From positions 121,868 to 176,653 of IMG/VR virus record IMGVR_UViG_3300028534_000013: DNA of 54,786 nucleotides. The stretch is one strand, 5' to 3'. The notes under the pieces were generated by a model. That model was not told the origin of the DNA and ran no database searches. It worked only from the letters and a program-made list of their open reading frames with translations. This stretch comes from a virus. Both the position numbers and the translations under genes were made by a program. How positions within the stretch are numbered: position 1 is the first letter of the stretch; every line of letters starts with the position of its first letter. Below are positions 20,476 through 30,274 of the stretch, piece after piece.

Positions 20476-23400
20476 TTCCTTTAAAATTGAAAAACATTTT
20501 AACCCCTGCGTTTAAGGCTTCTGTTTTTGTTTCAAATATGTACTTTTCAGAATCTAACTTCATAAGGCAAGGAAGATGGTGTTTCACTGTAAAGCAATTT
20601 TCATTATTTAATATCTCTTCTGCATTTGAAATATTGTTTTTAGTACTAACCGGGTAAATTGTTTCATATTCTATATATCCATCAAAAAACACAACCCTTT
20701 TATCTCCGTCAATTTCATCGTAATCTTTATCAATTTCAACAGTGGCGTTCACAAGCTCTCCAGGTTGATATAATATCCCTTTATACACGCACGGAACATC
20801 AGCAAAACTGAAAAGAACATTCATGTGCTTAAAATCTTTATTTATGTCAATGCGTTTAATTGAAACTTGATTCAAATCCACCAAATCGTCATCTATTGTT
20901 TTCCCGTAATACAAATGATTAGCTAAATCACTCAGCACCATATTCTGTAAAGATGTTTCAAAGGCGTCCACATTAACAACATACATTGAAGTATTTAACC
21001 TTAATCCATTATCTGTAAAATAAGGTTCGAACCATTCGCTTCCATCAACAGACACTAATATTTTACCTCTCGTAAAAGCAATATATCCATTCACTCCGAA
21101 AGGTATAAAGTTATCTTCCGCAGATACTTTTAAAGAAGGTTCGACATTTACATTTTTAAGAATGTTGTTTTGTATTTTTGCCTCTAATTCCTTTTGCTCT
21201 TCTTTGATGGCTTTATATTTACTTTTAGCGTCTGAAATATCCATATTAGCTGCCTGGAAATACTTATCTATTTCTTCTTCTAGTTTTTCTGTCTTAATTT
21301 GATACTTAGAACCGTGTCTAACTGAAAAAATATCCATAAATGAACCATTTATTTTTCTTTTTCCGTAATAAGTGAAAATTGCCTGATATTTTGATTCCAT
21401 TATTCCGTCAGGGGTATCTTGATTTATATCGCCGTGCGCTATTTTTAGCCCCACATCAGGATATAATACGCTTTTTATTTTTGATGAATTATCAGATATA
21501 ACTGAAATTGAAAACTTTTCTTCTTCTTCGTTTATTTTAAAAAGCTGAATATATGGACAATAAAAATTAAATTCTGTACCTATTAGCTGTTTAGTTTTAG
21601 CTCTTACAAAAGCGTCTTCAAACAGAATGGCATGGTTACATATTTCTGTTGTAGGAACACTATTAACGTACATATTATCAGATTTTTTTACAAATTCAAA
21701 CCTATCCGATTCAGACACCACCCTTACTTTTCTTGAGTTTTCAGAAAGAATGCTGCCTATCTTAAAACTTCTTATTTTTTCTTTATATGAAACAAACTCT
21801 GCATACAGTTCCTGAGCTGCTTCCGGAATATTGACGTCCTGTCCACTGTCGTAAAGTTCCTTAATGTTTTTTGCTTTTTTTTCAGCCTCTCCTAGAAAAT
21901 TACCAAAAATAAAATCATACACTATATCACGTTCAGTATGTAACGTTACAAATCTATCTCCGTCTTTTAAAGTTGTCCAACCGTTAGAATATTTTCTTAG
22001 AACATTAAAAAAAGTAAATCCGTCAACCGGAAAATCTTGTTTTTCACCTGTCACATATTCCCTTAAATACGTTTCGAAATTAGATTCAGGGATATCAAAA
22101 CCTTCAGATTTTAAATACCCGTAATTATTCATTGTTAATACATTTATATGAGCCGTTTTAGTAGGAACATCTACTATTGATTTAAAATCAAAATCGGTTT
22201 CCATTTCAAGTCTATATTCTGTTTTATTTTGAGTTTTAATTTCATCATAATGTATTAATCCTGTTGTAAACGCATATTTATTGTTTCCAAACGTTTTAAA
22301 CATTTCTTTTTCTTCGTTAAACAATGTGTTGAAAGATTCTGTGTACTGTTTATAAAAATCGTCAAAAGCATTTACATCAATAGCGAATTTACTGTTAGTA
22401 GATGTGAAAAACTCAGTAGAGTCGTCAAAATAAAAATCAAGCACTGAGTTTTCTTTTAAATTTGAAAAACCGGTAAACAATATAAAATTATCTGGATTTA
22501 CTTTTGAAACCCTTGATAATGTAGGATTGTTATAGACTTTAACCTTAACATTTGAGTCCTCATTTGAATAAACATCCCCTTTATAGGTTAAAAATCTAAT
22601 TTCTTTATCTTTTTCCGAATAATTCATCCAAATATATTCATCTTGATAAATAAACAAAACAGCTTCCCCAACTATCTCTTTTACTGATGCGGTAGTGTAA
22701 TCAAAAGCAGGTAAATACATTTCCTTAATTGAATCCACCTTTTCATATGTAATTCCTAAAATACCTTTTTCTTGCAAATTGTACAAAACGTCGTCTGTAC
22801 ATATTTTAGTTCCGCTCATTTTGTTTGAATCCAAATTATGCTGTTTCGCTTTTTTTAAAAGAAAATTTAACAATTTTTCACTGTTAACTATTAAAGACGC
22901 ATAACCTGCGGATTTGTTTTCCATTATTTTTTTTATTTTTTCGGCATCCGATAAAGTGTCTTCAACTATAGCAACCTGAGTCCCATCTATATTTAAGTTG
23001 TTCAAATTCAAAACATCATACTTAACTAAAGTACCAAAACTAATCCATACCCCTATAAAATCCCCGTCTCTATAAAAAGCCGTATCTTTAGCAAACAACT
23101 GAGCCGGAGAGTCTATCAATAATGCGCTCTCTTCAAGATTGTCTAATTGATATGGTTTTTTTGGGGTCTGTTTTTTCATATATTCATTTACTTTGCTTAT
23201 GTCTATAAAACCGAAAGCGGTAGAAAACTTATTCTGAACTATAAATACTTTTCCAACTCCCTCAAAAGTAATATAGTTGATTCCGTCAATTAAAGCAATC
23301 GCCATTTTTGTATCAGAAAGACCCTTTTCTGTAAACTCAAGGCCCTCTTGTCTATCGGTGCCTATTTCCAAAAAAAGTACCCAATTGTCTCCATATTTAA

Positions 23401-23650
23401 CATATTCTTTTGAAAGCATAGTTTTGTACTGCTGAAGATAAATTCCATCTATAGCCGTTTTAAAACCGCTTGTTCTTGCTTTATTTAAAAATAACGTAGC
23501 TTGTCTTACTATTTCAGGAGATTCATTTGCGAATACAATGCTTAATGTGTCAATATCATCAGTTTTTATTTTGTTAAAAAACTCTATTTTAGATTTCTCA
23601 ACCTCTCCTGAATATTCAGGATTGGTTACATATCCCTCTTTTAGCAACAT
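20462..23650 (-). CDS. Large hypothetical protein (1062 aa)
   Basis: Long ORF; TAATG coupling. Confidence 0.85.
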   Translation of the reverse strand: MLLKEGYVTNPEYSGEVEKSKIEFFNKIKTDDIDTLSIVFANESPEIVRQATLFLNKARTSGFKTAIDGIYLQQYKTMLSKEYVKYGDNWVLFLEIGTDRQEGLEFTEKGLSDTKMAIALIDGINYITFEGVGKVFIVQNKFSTAFGFIDISKVNEYMKKQTPKKPYQLDNLEESALLIDSPAQLFAKDTAFYRDGDFIGVWISFGTLVKYDVLNLNNLNIDGTQVAIVEDTLSDAEKIKKIMENKSAGYASLIVNSEKLLNFLLKKAKQHNLDSNKMSGTKICTDDVLYNLQEKGILGITYEKVDSIKEMYLPAFDYTTASVKEIVGEAVLFIYQDEYIWMNYSEKDKEIRFLTYKGDVYSNEDSNVKVKVYNNPTLSRVSKVNPDNFILFTGFSNLKENSVLDFYFDDSTEFFTSTNSKFAIDVNAFDDFYKQYTESFNTLFNEEKEMFKTFGNNKYAFTTGLIHYDEIKTQNKTEYRLEMETDFDFKSIVDVPTKTAHINVLTMNNYGYLKSEGFDIPESNFETYLREYVTGEKQDFPVDGFTFFNVLRKYSNGWTTLKDGDRFVTLHTERDIVYDFIFGNFLGEAEKKAKNIKELYDSGQDVNIPEAAQELYAEFVSYKEKIRSFKIGSILSENSRKVRVVSESDRFEFVKKSDNMYVNSVPTTEICNHAILFEDAFVRAKTKQLIGTEFNFYCPYIQLFKINEEEEKFSISVISDNSSKIKSVLYPDVGLKIAHGDINQDTPDGIMESKYQAIFTYYGKRKINGSFMDIFSVRHGSKYQIKTEKLEEEIDKYFQAANMDISDAKSKYKAIKEEQKELEAKIQNNILKNVNVEPSLKVSAEDNFIPFGVNGYIAFTRGKILVSVDGSEWFEPYFTDNGLRLNTSMYVVNVDAFETSLQNMVLSDLANHLYYGKTIDDDLVDLNQVSIKRIDINKDFKHMNVLFSFADVPCVYKGILYQPGELVNATVEIDKDYDEIDGDKRVVFFDGYIEYETIYPVSTKNNISNAEEILNNENCFTVKHHLPCLMKLDSEKYIFETKTEALNAGVKMFFNFKGSENE

Positions 23651-25353
23651 TATACTTCCACATACCCGAATTTATTACCAAGCACATATTCGCTATTACT
23701 AACACCTTTATATCTCATCATATTTCTCCTTAGGTCTTCTGTTTTAACCACATATACAGTAGCGCTTTTATTAGCATTATTATACCAGCTTTTTAAATCC
23801 TGTGTAAATGAAGAGCTCTGTTTATTTGAAATAGTCGGTACATCAATACATAAGTCTTTATATATTATCTCTCCAAAATACCCATATATTAAATTATCAG
23901 GCCTATATTCTTTTGGAATGTTTTTCCAAATAAATTCATTTTTTTCTTCATCAATTCCAAAAGAGTGACCGTTTATTGCCGATATTATTTTTCCATTTAT
24001 TTCCCCGTTAACATCTACATGATAATAAAACATTTTTTTAAACGCCGGATGGGAGATGAACACCGTAGTTCCTTCTGAAGCGCTTATAGGTTGAACCGCA
24101 CTCAAATAAGGCACAGAAAACATGACGTTTATATTTTTTCTTATTTTATCTTCAAATATTTTATCTATTCTCAATTTCATAAATTTATTTACTACAATCT
24201 CCACAGCTGCTTCATTATCCGATACTCTATTATTGTAAAATTCCATTAACGATGCTTTTTTAATGGAATCTATTATTTTTGAGGCATCATCTTCATCGAT
24301 AAACAGCTCCGTAATTAATATACTTTTAATGAATTCATCAGATATGACAACATCAAAAACAGGAAGTTCAAATTTAGACTTGATTAAATCCATATATTTG
24401 TTTCGTGTATCTACATAGAAATTATCGCTCCATATAAAATTTGAAGATTCGTATCCCAAATTTGTAAAAGCTTTATCTTTTTCCAAATCCCAATAACCAT
24501 GTCTTGCCTCTTTTACCCCAAAGTTAACCTTGTTATCTAACCCTTCTATACCAGGACTTCTGACCGTTCCGTTAATTACAAACACATCATCGTTTAAATC
24601 TGAAACAGAATAATTTACCATTTGAGCTAAATTAGAATTTGGGGCAATAGGCATCGTTTTAAACTGTTGAGAACCGTATTGTTTAATAATGTCATTCATT
24701 TTATTAAAATACTCAGTGTAATCAGTGTTTATTGTTATAGGTTCAAAAACTTTAGTTCTGTTATATGTGGCCAGTTTTTCCGTTGAAATATTTTGTTTTA
24801 TAAACCAAACCGAATATCTGAATTCGTCATTAAGTCTTTCTTTAGAGACAATGTTTTTGTTTATTACCCAATAGTCTTCTTCTTCTGTAAGAATCAATCC
24901 CGCATTAAGAAACCCTTGTTCAATATTTAATTTTGAATAATAATGTAAAATAGCACCGTACGAACTCCTGTCTTTAAACAAAGATTTAATAACGTCTGGC
25001 CACTCTTCATTTTTTAAATATAAATCAACCAGCAAAGCACCAACATCTATCTTAAGTTCCAAATTTTGTAAATTAACCTTATAGCATTTTTCGTCATCAA
25101 ATTCATAATCATCCGTTCCGTATGTGCTGTCCTCAAGAAGCGCATCAGGATTTTGAATGTTTATAAAAGTATGTAGGTTAAAATTTGTAACAATATCAAG
25201 TACGTCTTTTTTAACTCCTACAAAGATGTTTTTGTCACCATATTTTATTAAATAACCGGAAGAACCAAGACCGGTCGGATTTAAAGAATTGTCATACATT
25301 ATGCTTAAATGTGCTTTTACAGCATCTATCGATTCTCCATTTATTTTGAACAT
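23650..25353 (-). CDS. Hypothetical protein (567 aa)
   Basis: Long ORF; AAGGA RBS. Confidence 0.85.
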   Translation of the reverse strand: MFKINGESIDAVKAHLSIMYDNSLNPTGLGSSGYLIKYGDKNIFVGVKKDVLDIVTNFNLHTFINIQNPDALLEDSTYGTDDYEFDDEKCYKVNLQNLELKIDVGALLVDLYLKNEEWPDVIKSLFKDRSSYGAILHYYSKLNIEQGFLNAGLILTEEEDYWVINKNIVSKERLNDEFRYSVWFIKQNISTEKLATYNRTKVFEPITINTDYTEYFNKMNDIIKQYGSQQFKTMPIAPNSNLAQMVNYSVSDLNDDVFVINGTVRSPGIEGLDNKVNFGVKEARHGYWDLEKDKAFTNLGYESSNFIWSDNFYVDTRNKYMDLIKSKFELPVFDVVISDEFIKSILITELFIDEDDASKIIDSIKKASLMEFYNNRVSDNEAAVEIVVNKFMKLRIDKIFEDKIRKNINVMFSVPYLSAVQPISASEGTTVFISHPAFKKMFYYHVDVNGEINGKIISAINGHSFGIDEEKNEFIWKNIPKEYRPDNLIYGYFGEIIYKDLCIDVPTISNKQSSSFTQDLKSWYNNANKSATVYVVKTEDLRRNMMRYKGVSNSEYVLGNKFGYVEV

Positions 25354-25354
25354 A

Positions 25355-28300
25355 TTATTCCTTTATAAGATATGAATTTTCATCTCTAACAATTTTAGTG
25401 GCTATAAAATCGTTATACAGTAAAACACCGTTATTATATTTGTCTTTCATTGTATTAAAATCATAACATAATCCGTCCTGATTGAAAAAGTAAGTATTGT
25501 CAATTTTGATATTTACGACTAAATCAGTATCCGTTGGATTGTTTATCCACACAAACATTTTACCGTTTTGCAAACAAAGGTCATCACTGTTTATAACGCC
25601 GTCAGAGAAAGGCATGAAATCAACATTAAAGTTTTTAACTTTATTTAAAACAGTTTCATCATCGCTTCCGTCACACAGAAAAGATGTAGGAATATTCCAC
25701 ACCATGTCAGACAAAGTGTGTATGCTTTTGTATATTTTTTGCAAATCATAATCCACTTTTACATAAGAGCCGTCCAATCTTTTTTGAACAGTGTCTTCTC
25801 TTAAATCTTGTATCAGTTGAGCTTTGGTGTTATTAAAATATGAACTAAATATAGCTGTTTGCTCATGAACATCGACGCTTATTTTTCTGTTTAAAATAGT
25901 GTTACCTATTGCAAAATAATATTCTATATTTTCAGACGATTCAGTACTGTAATTGCTTGTACACATTCCTTTTACAGTGGAATATACATTGTCTCTTAAT
26001 ATTGCATTAGGAATAAAGGCCCTGTTTCCTTTTCCAAGCTCCAACAGCCATTCAACTTTCTGTCTTCTAGGTATTTGAGTTTCTATACCGCCGTCAAACA
26101 GGGAAACTATTTTGCTGTCTATATTAAATTTAAACGGTGTAAAGTCGCCTTGGGTTGCACTTACATATGAGAGAGCTTCGACTCTATATTTTCCTTCATC
26201 ATCAACAGCCATATTCACAAAATCATGCAAAAACTCACTTTCATCAGAATAGTTTGATTTTTTCAACGCTTTTAATAAAAACTCTTTCTTAACTTTTACA
26301 AACATATCACCGTAATGCAAGTACGGTCTGCCATAAAAAACAGAATTTATAGCGGCCGGAATTGATAACACATCACTTGTATTGCCATTATAATTTATTT
26401 TTATAAATCTACCTTCGGGAGCATCTTGGAATTCTACATTTACTTCATTGTCGTCAACTATTGATTCTGTCTCGTCTATTTGAGAAACAATAAATTGTTT
26501 AACGCCCTTAGAGTATAAATAGTTTAAAAATCTCTCAGGAATAAATACAATGTTGTCGCCTTTTGAAATCTTTCCGTCTTCAGTGTGAACATCACACTCC
26601 AAAGGTCTGTCAGAAACAAATTTTCCTCCTTTAAAAAATAAAGAAGAATAAGGGATATTGTATTCTAAAATCAGATTGTCGCCCTGATATACTTCAACGG
26701 TTAATTGCACATCTGTGTCTTTTTGCAGAAAGATATTTATTTTTACATTTCCTGTTGTATGCTCAATTCCTCTTTTATTATTTTCTACAATAAGCTTTTC
26801 ACTAAAATTGTCACCTGTGTACATTGTTTCTGTTAAAAATATCAGAAGCCCTAAATTGTCAATTTTATAATAAGGTTTTTCAGCTATTTTTGAAAATCCT
26901 TGATAATTAAACAAATATTCTTCCATATATGACGGGAAAGCTTCCATAAACATATTCATACAAACATCAGATAAAACCGGAGAAGTAGGAACGATACTGT
27001 CAACATTGGGAGTATTAAAACCTGCCGCAACAACAGTTTTAGGGATTACTTTAGCCACATTCCATGTATTGTTCCAAAATACAGAGTTTTTTCTGTAAAA
27101 CACATTGAAATACATTGTATTTCCGTCAGGACGTGCATTGCTATAATAATTTTCTTCTTTCTTACAATAACAACCGCTAACAGGTTCTCTGTATAAATCG
27201 TTTCTTTTGTTTGATTCAAATATGGCCAAATCGTAATCTTTTCCATTTTTGTTTATGTGCCATATTAACGACATTGTGTACAAGTCTTCATAATCTGAAG
27301 TTTTGTATAAGCTTTGTATTTTATTTACAGGATAGCCTGATATATAATGAATATTTCCGTTTGTATATGATAAACCTCTCAGCCATACTCCGGTTTTACT
27401 GTAAACGCCTAAACCGTTTTCAGTTTTTCTGCTTATCGTTTCTTCTTTTGCGGTAACATCTGAATAAGTTTTAAACTCATATCCTTTGTCATAATATACT
27501 TTTGTAAGCTCATATAATTTATATTCATACCCGGGACCGAAGTTTGTTTTTGTTTCACACCATATAGGGTTTGTGTCTCCTGACGCAGTAGAGGTTCCTT
27601 TGTACGCTTTGTACCCATAAATATCTATAGCTTTAACATATCCAATTTCCACTTTTCCATTATGTTTTACATAATCAAGCTGATATATAAAACTAGGGTG
27701 TCTTTCTATATCGTTTATATAATTTTTTAAAGGGCGCTCACCTATAATGTTTCCATCTTCGTCAGTGAAAAAGTATGCTTCGTTATTTTCAACAATGCCC
27801 GCTTTTTTATAGTCTGTTTCATTTGTTTTTTTATAATATAAAGTTGCGTTGTTAAACTTAATATTATATCCATTATATATCATAGAATTGTCATCGGCTT
27901 TGGTAATCTCTATTGATTTCGTGTCTGAATTGTTGAATATTTTTAAAGGACCTAACTGAAAAACAGATTTAGGAGAAACTGTTATTTTACTTTCGGCTTT
28001 GCTAATATCCCATATATAATTGGAAGCAAACAAATGTGTGCCCCCCAGATTTGAAAATCCGGTTTCCCCAAAAACAGCTCCTTCTTTATCCACAGAGGAG
28101 ATTTCAACTATTACGTCATTTATTTTTTGCACAATAGATGGAGCGTCAGATATTTTTTTGATTCCATACGGATAAACAACCACGGCTTTCCCGTTAACTC
28201 TTAAGAACATAAAACTGTTGGTTTTATTTACAAAAAGATATTCTCCCGCCTTAAATTCTTCCGACGTTGTTTTTAATGTTTCTGTAATTTCTTTAATTTC

Positions 28301-29086
28301 ATATTCGTTTTCTGTGGCGTCACTTTTGCCTATACTGTCAACAGGCACTCTGTCTATTACACCGGCATCAAACAGACTATTTGATTTTTGATAAATTGAT
28401 TTATATTTAAACTCATATTTACCCTCTTTAAATTCTTTGACTATAAACATACACTGTTCAAATTTATCTGTATCTGTTTTTATTTCAAAATACTTATAAT
28501 CATCTGTCAAAAATATTGCAAATTTTTCATATTTTTTTCTCAAAAAAGGATAATATGAATAATCTGTTTTTTTAACTTCCTCCACTTTGTATTTCATGTT
28601 TTTTTTATGTTTATCTATATAATCGGCTGCTATTTTTGCTTTCTCTTCAATGGAACCGGCTTTGTCTATCATTTCATTCATTTCTTTTATTTCATCTGCA
28701 GTAAGCCCTACATGCCCTACAGGAGTTTCATCTGCAGACAAACTGCATCCGCCAAAGGTTGAAAACAAAGGATTGTGTATTCCCTCATCATTAAACACCA
28801 GTTCCTTTCTTAAAAATAAATACAAATTTGAAAACAGCTGGGCCTCAGCGTTTCTTACAAATGAGAAAAAATTAACACCAACAACACTCCTTCCGTAAAA
28901 ACAGGTGTTAATTCCTGTAAAAATCCTCTTTGAGCCGCCCATGAGCGATGTTAAAAATTTATTGTCTCCATATTCGAAAACAAATTCATTGGTGTAAATA
29001 TTTGCTATATCGGCTTTGTTCTTAAATTTAACAATATCATTATTAATGTCTTTTTCCATTCCTAGATTAGCTTCATTAAAAACCAT
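25355..29086 (-). CDS. Large hypothetical protein (1243 aa)
   Basis: Longest ORF in the window; AAGGA RBS. Confidence 0.85.
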   Translation of the reverse strand: MVFNEANLGMEKDINNDIVKFKNKADIANIYTNEFVFEYGDNKFLTSLMGGSKRIFTGINTCFYGRSVVGVNFFSFVRNAEAQLFSNLYLFLRKELVFNDEGIHNPLFSTFGGCSLSADETPVGHVGLTADEIKEMNEMIDKAGSIEEKAKIAADYIDKHKKNMKYKVEEVKKTDYSYYPFLRKKYEKFAIFLTDDYKYFEIKTDTDKFEQCMFIVKEFKEGKYEFKYKSIYQKSNSLFDAGVIDRVPVDSIGKSDATENEYEIKEITETLKTTSEEFKAGEYLFVNKTNSFMFLRVNGKAVVVYPYGIKKISDAPSIVQKINDVIVEISSVDKEGAVFGETGFSNLGGTHLFASNYIWDISKAESKITVSPKSVFQLGPLKIFNNSDTKSIEITKADDNSMIYNGYNIKFNNATLYYKKTNETDYKKAGIVENNEAYFFTDEDGNIIGERPLKNYINDIERHPSFIYQLDYVKHNGKVEIGYVKAIDIYGYKAYKGTSTASGDTNPIWCETKTNFGPGYEYKLYELTKVYYDKGYEFKTYSDVTAKEETISRKTENGLGVYSKTGVWLRGLSYTNGNIHYISGYPVNKIQSLYKTSDYEDLYTMSLIWHINKNGKDYDLAIFESNKRNDLYREPVSGCYCKKEENYYSNARPDGNTMYFNVFYRKNSVFWNNTWNVAKVIPKTVVAAGFNTPNVDSIVPTSPVLSDVCMNMFMEAFPSYMEEYLFNYQGFSKIAEKPYYKIDNLGLLIFLTETMYTGDNFSEKLIVENNKRGIEHTTGNVKINIFLQKDTDVQLTVEVYQGDNLILEYNIPYSSLFFKGGKFVSDRPLECDVHTEDGKISKGDNIVFIPERFLNYLYSKGVKQFIVSQIDETESIVDDNEVNVEFQDAPEGRFIKINYNGNTSDVLSIPAAINSVFYGRPYLHYGDMFVKVKKEFLLKALKKSNYSDESEFLHDFVNMAVDDEGKYRVEALSYVSATQGDFTPFKFNIDSKIVSLFDGGIETQIPRRQKVEWLLELGKGNRAFIPNAILRDNVYSTVKGMCTSNYSTESSENIEYYFAIGNTILNRKISVDVHEQTAIFSSYFNNTKAQLIQDLREDTVQKRLDGSYVKVDYDLQKIYKSIHTLSDMVWNIPTSFLCDGSDDETVLNKVKNFNVDFMPFSDGVINSDDLCLQNGKMFVWINNPTDTDLVVNIKIDNTYFFNQDGLCYDFNTMKDKYNNGVLLYNDFIATKIVRDENSYLIKE

Positions 29087-29096
29087 GTATCATCCT

Positions 29097-30272
29097 TTAT
29101 TTTTTAAAATCGTTATAAGGTAATTCCTCTTTGGTTGTCTCATACACGTCAAGATGCTCTTCATAATCATAACCAAAAAAATAATTAAAATCTTTATCAA
29201 GAGGTTCATCCGGATTTATAGTTGAGCTTATTCCGTCTTTTGTAAAAAAACCATACTTGTTTCTTTCTGGAGAATCAGTGACCACATTGAATTTTTTTTC
29301 TGTTTCCATTTTTGATTCTATATACACAGGAAACGGAATATCTCCATAATAATAAACGTCTTTTGCTTTGCTTGTAGTGTTATAAAGATGGTTATTGTAT
29401 TCTATCTTACTTTTTCCATCAGGGTTTAAGTCCCTTATTGTAAACACTCCAACAGTTCCATACAGTTTGCCTATAGCCACTTCTATTGGTATCTCAACTT
29501 CTTTACCTGTTAGAAAAGACATCAATTTTGCATACGATTTTAACAAACTCTGAGAACTTAAAGTTCCGTCAACGTTTAAATTTTTTAAAATCACGTTAAA
29601 TGTATTCATGTATTTAAACTCTTCATTTTCTTTTTCAGATATTTTATACACCGGAACCGCTGATGGAACAGAGCAAACATCCCTATCGGTAGTGGTTGTT
29701 TCTGTTTCTGCTTCAGAATTAGTCATATCAACTAAAAAAGCATAATAAAACACATCGTCTATTTTTCCTTCTTTTTTGGCGTAATCAAACAAATCTCTTG
29801 GGACAAGGACTATATTCATATCTTCTATTGAAATGGGAAATATCACCAGTATATATTCCATTGACAAAAACGTTCCGTTTAATTCAAAAGTTAAATCCTG
29901 TCCCATTAATTGACTGTACTCTTTAGCGTAATCTATTTCTTTTGATGCTATTTCTTTTGTTATTTGTTTCTCTATATTAGCAAAAGGATTTCCTATTTTA
30001 CACATATTTATAAGTGCTTTTTTAGTGTTTATTCCTCCGAAAAAGTTAAACCCAGCATCACATGCTTTTATTAAATTTAAAAACTCTTTATTTTTAAGAG
30101 TCATAATCACTTTATTTGCTTTTAATGTATTTTTCTCCTCTGTTTTATCCATTTTTAAATTTTTAAAAACAGTATCACTTCCCGGTTTTTTATCTCCTGA
30201 AGTGGCATAATAAATAGGAATATCTGAAATATGTCCCGTCATCGCATTTTTAGAACTGTCATAAGCTAACAT
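29097..30272 (-). CDS. Hypothetical protein (391 aa)
   Basis: Long ORF; AAGGA RBS. Confidence 0.85.
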   Translation of the reverse strand: MLAYDSSKNAMTGHISDIPIYYATSGDKKPGSDTVFKNLKMDKTEEKNTLKANKVIMTLKNKEFLNLIKACDAGFNFFGGINTKKALINMCKIGNPFANIEKQITKEIASKEIDYAKEYSQLMGQDLTFELNGTFLSMEYILVIFPISIEDMNIVLVPRDLFDYAKKEGKIDDVFYYAFLVDMTNSEAETETTTTDRDVCSVPSAVPVYKISEKENEEFKYMNTFNVILKNLNVDGTLSSQSLLKSYAKLMSFLTGKEVEIPIEVAIGKLYGTVGVFTIRDLNPDGKSKIEYNNHLYNTTSKAKDVYYYGDIPFPVYIESKMETEKKFNVVTDSPERNKYGFFTKDGISSTINPDEPLDKDFNYFFGYDYEEHLDVYETTKEELPYNDFKK

Positions 30273-30274
30273 TT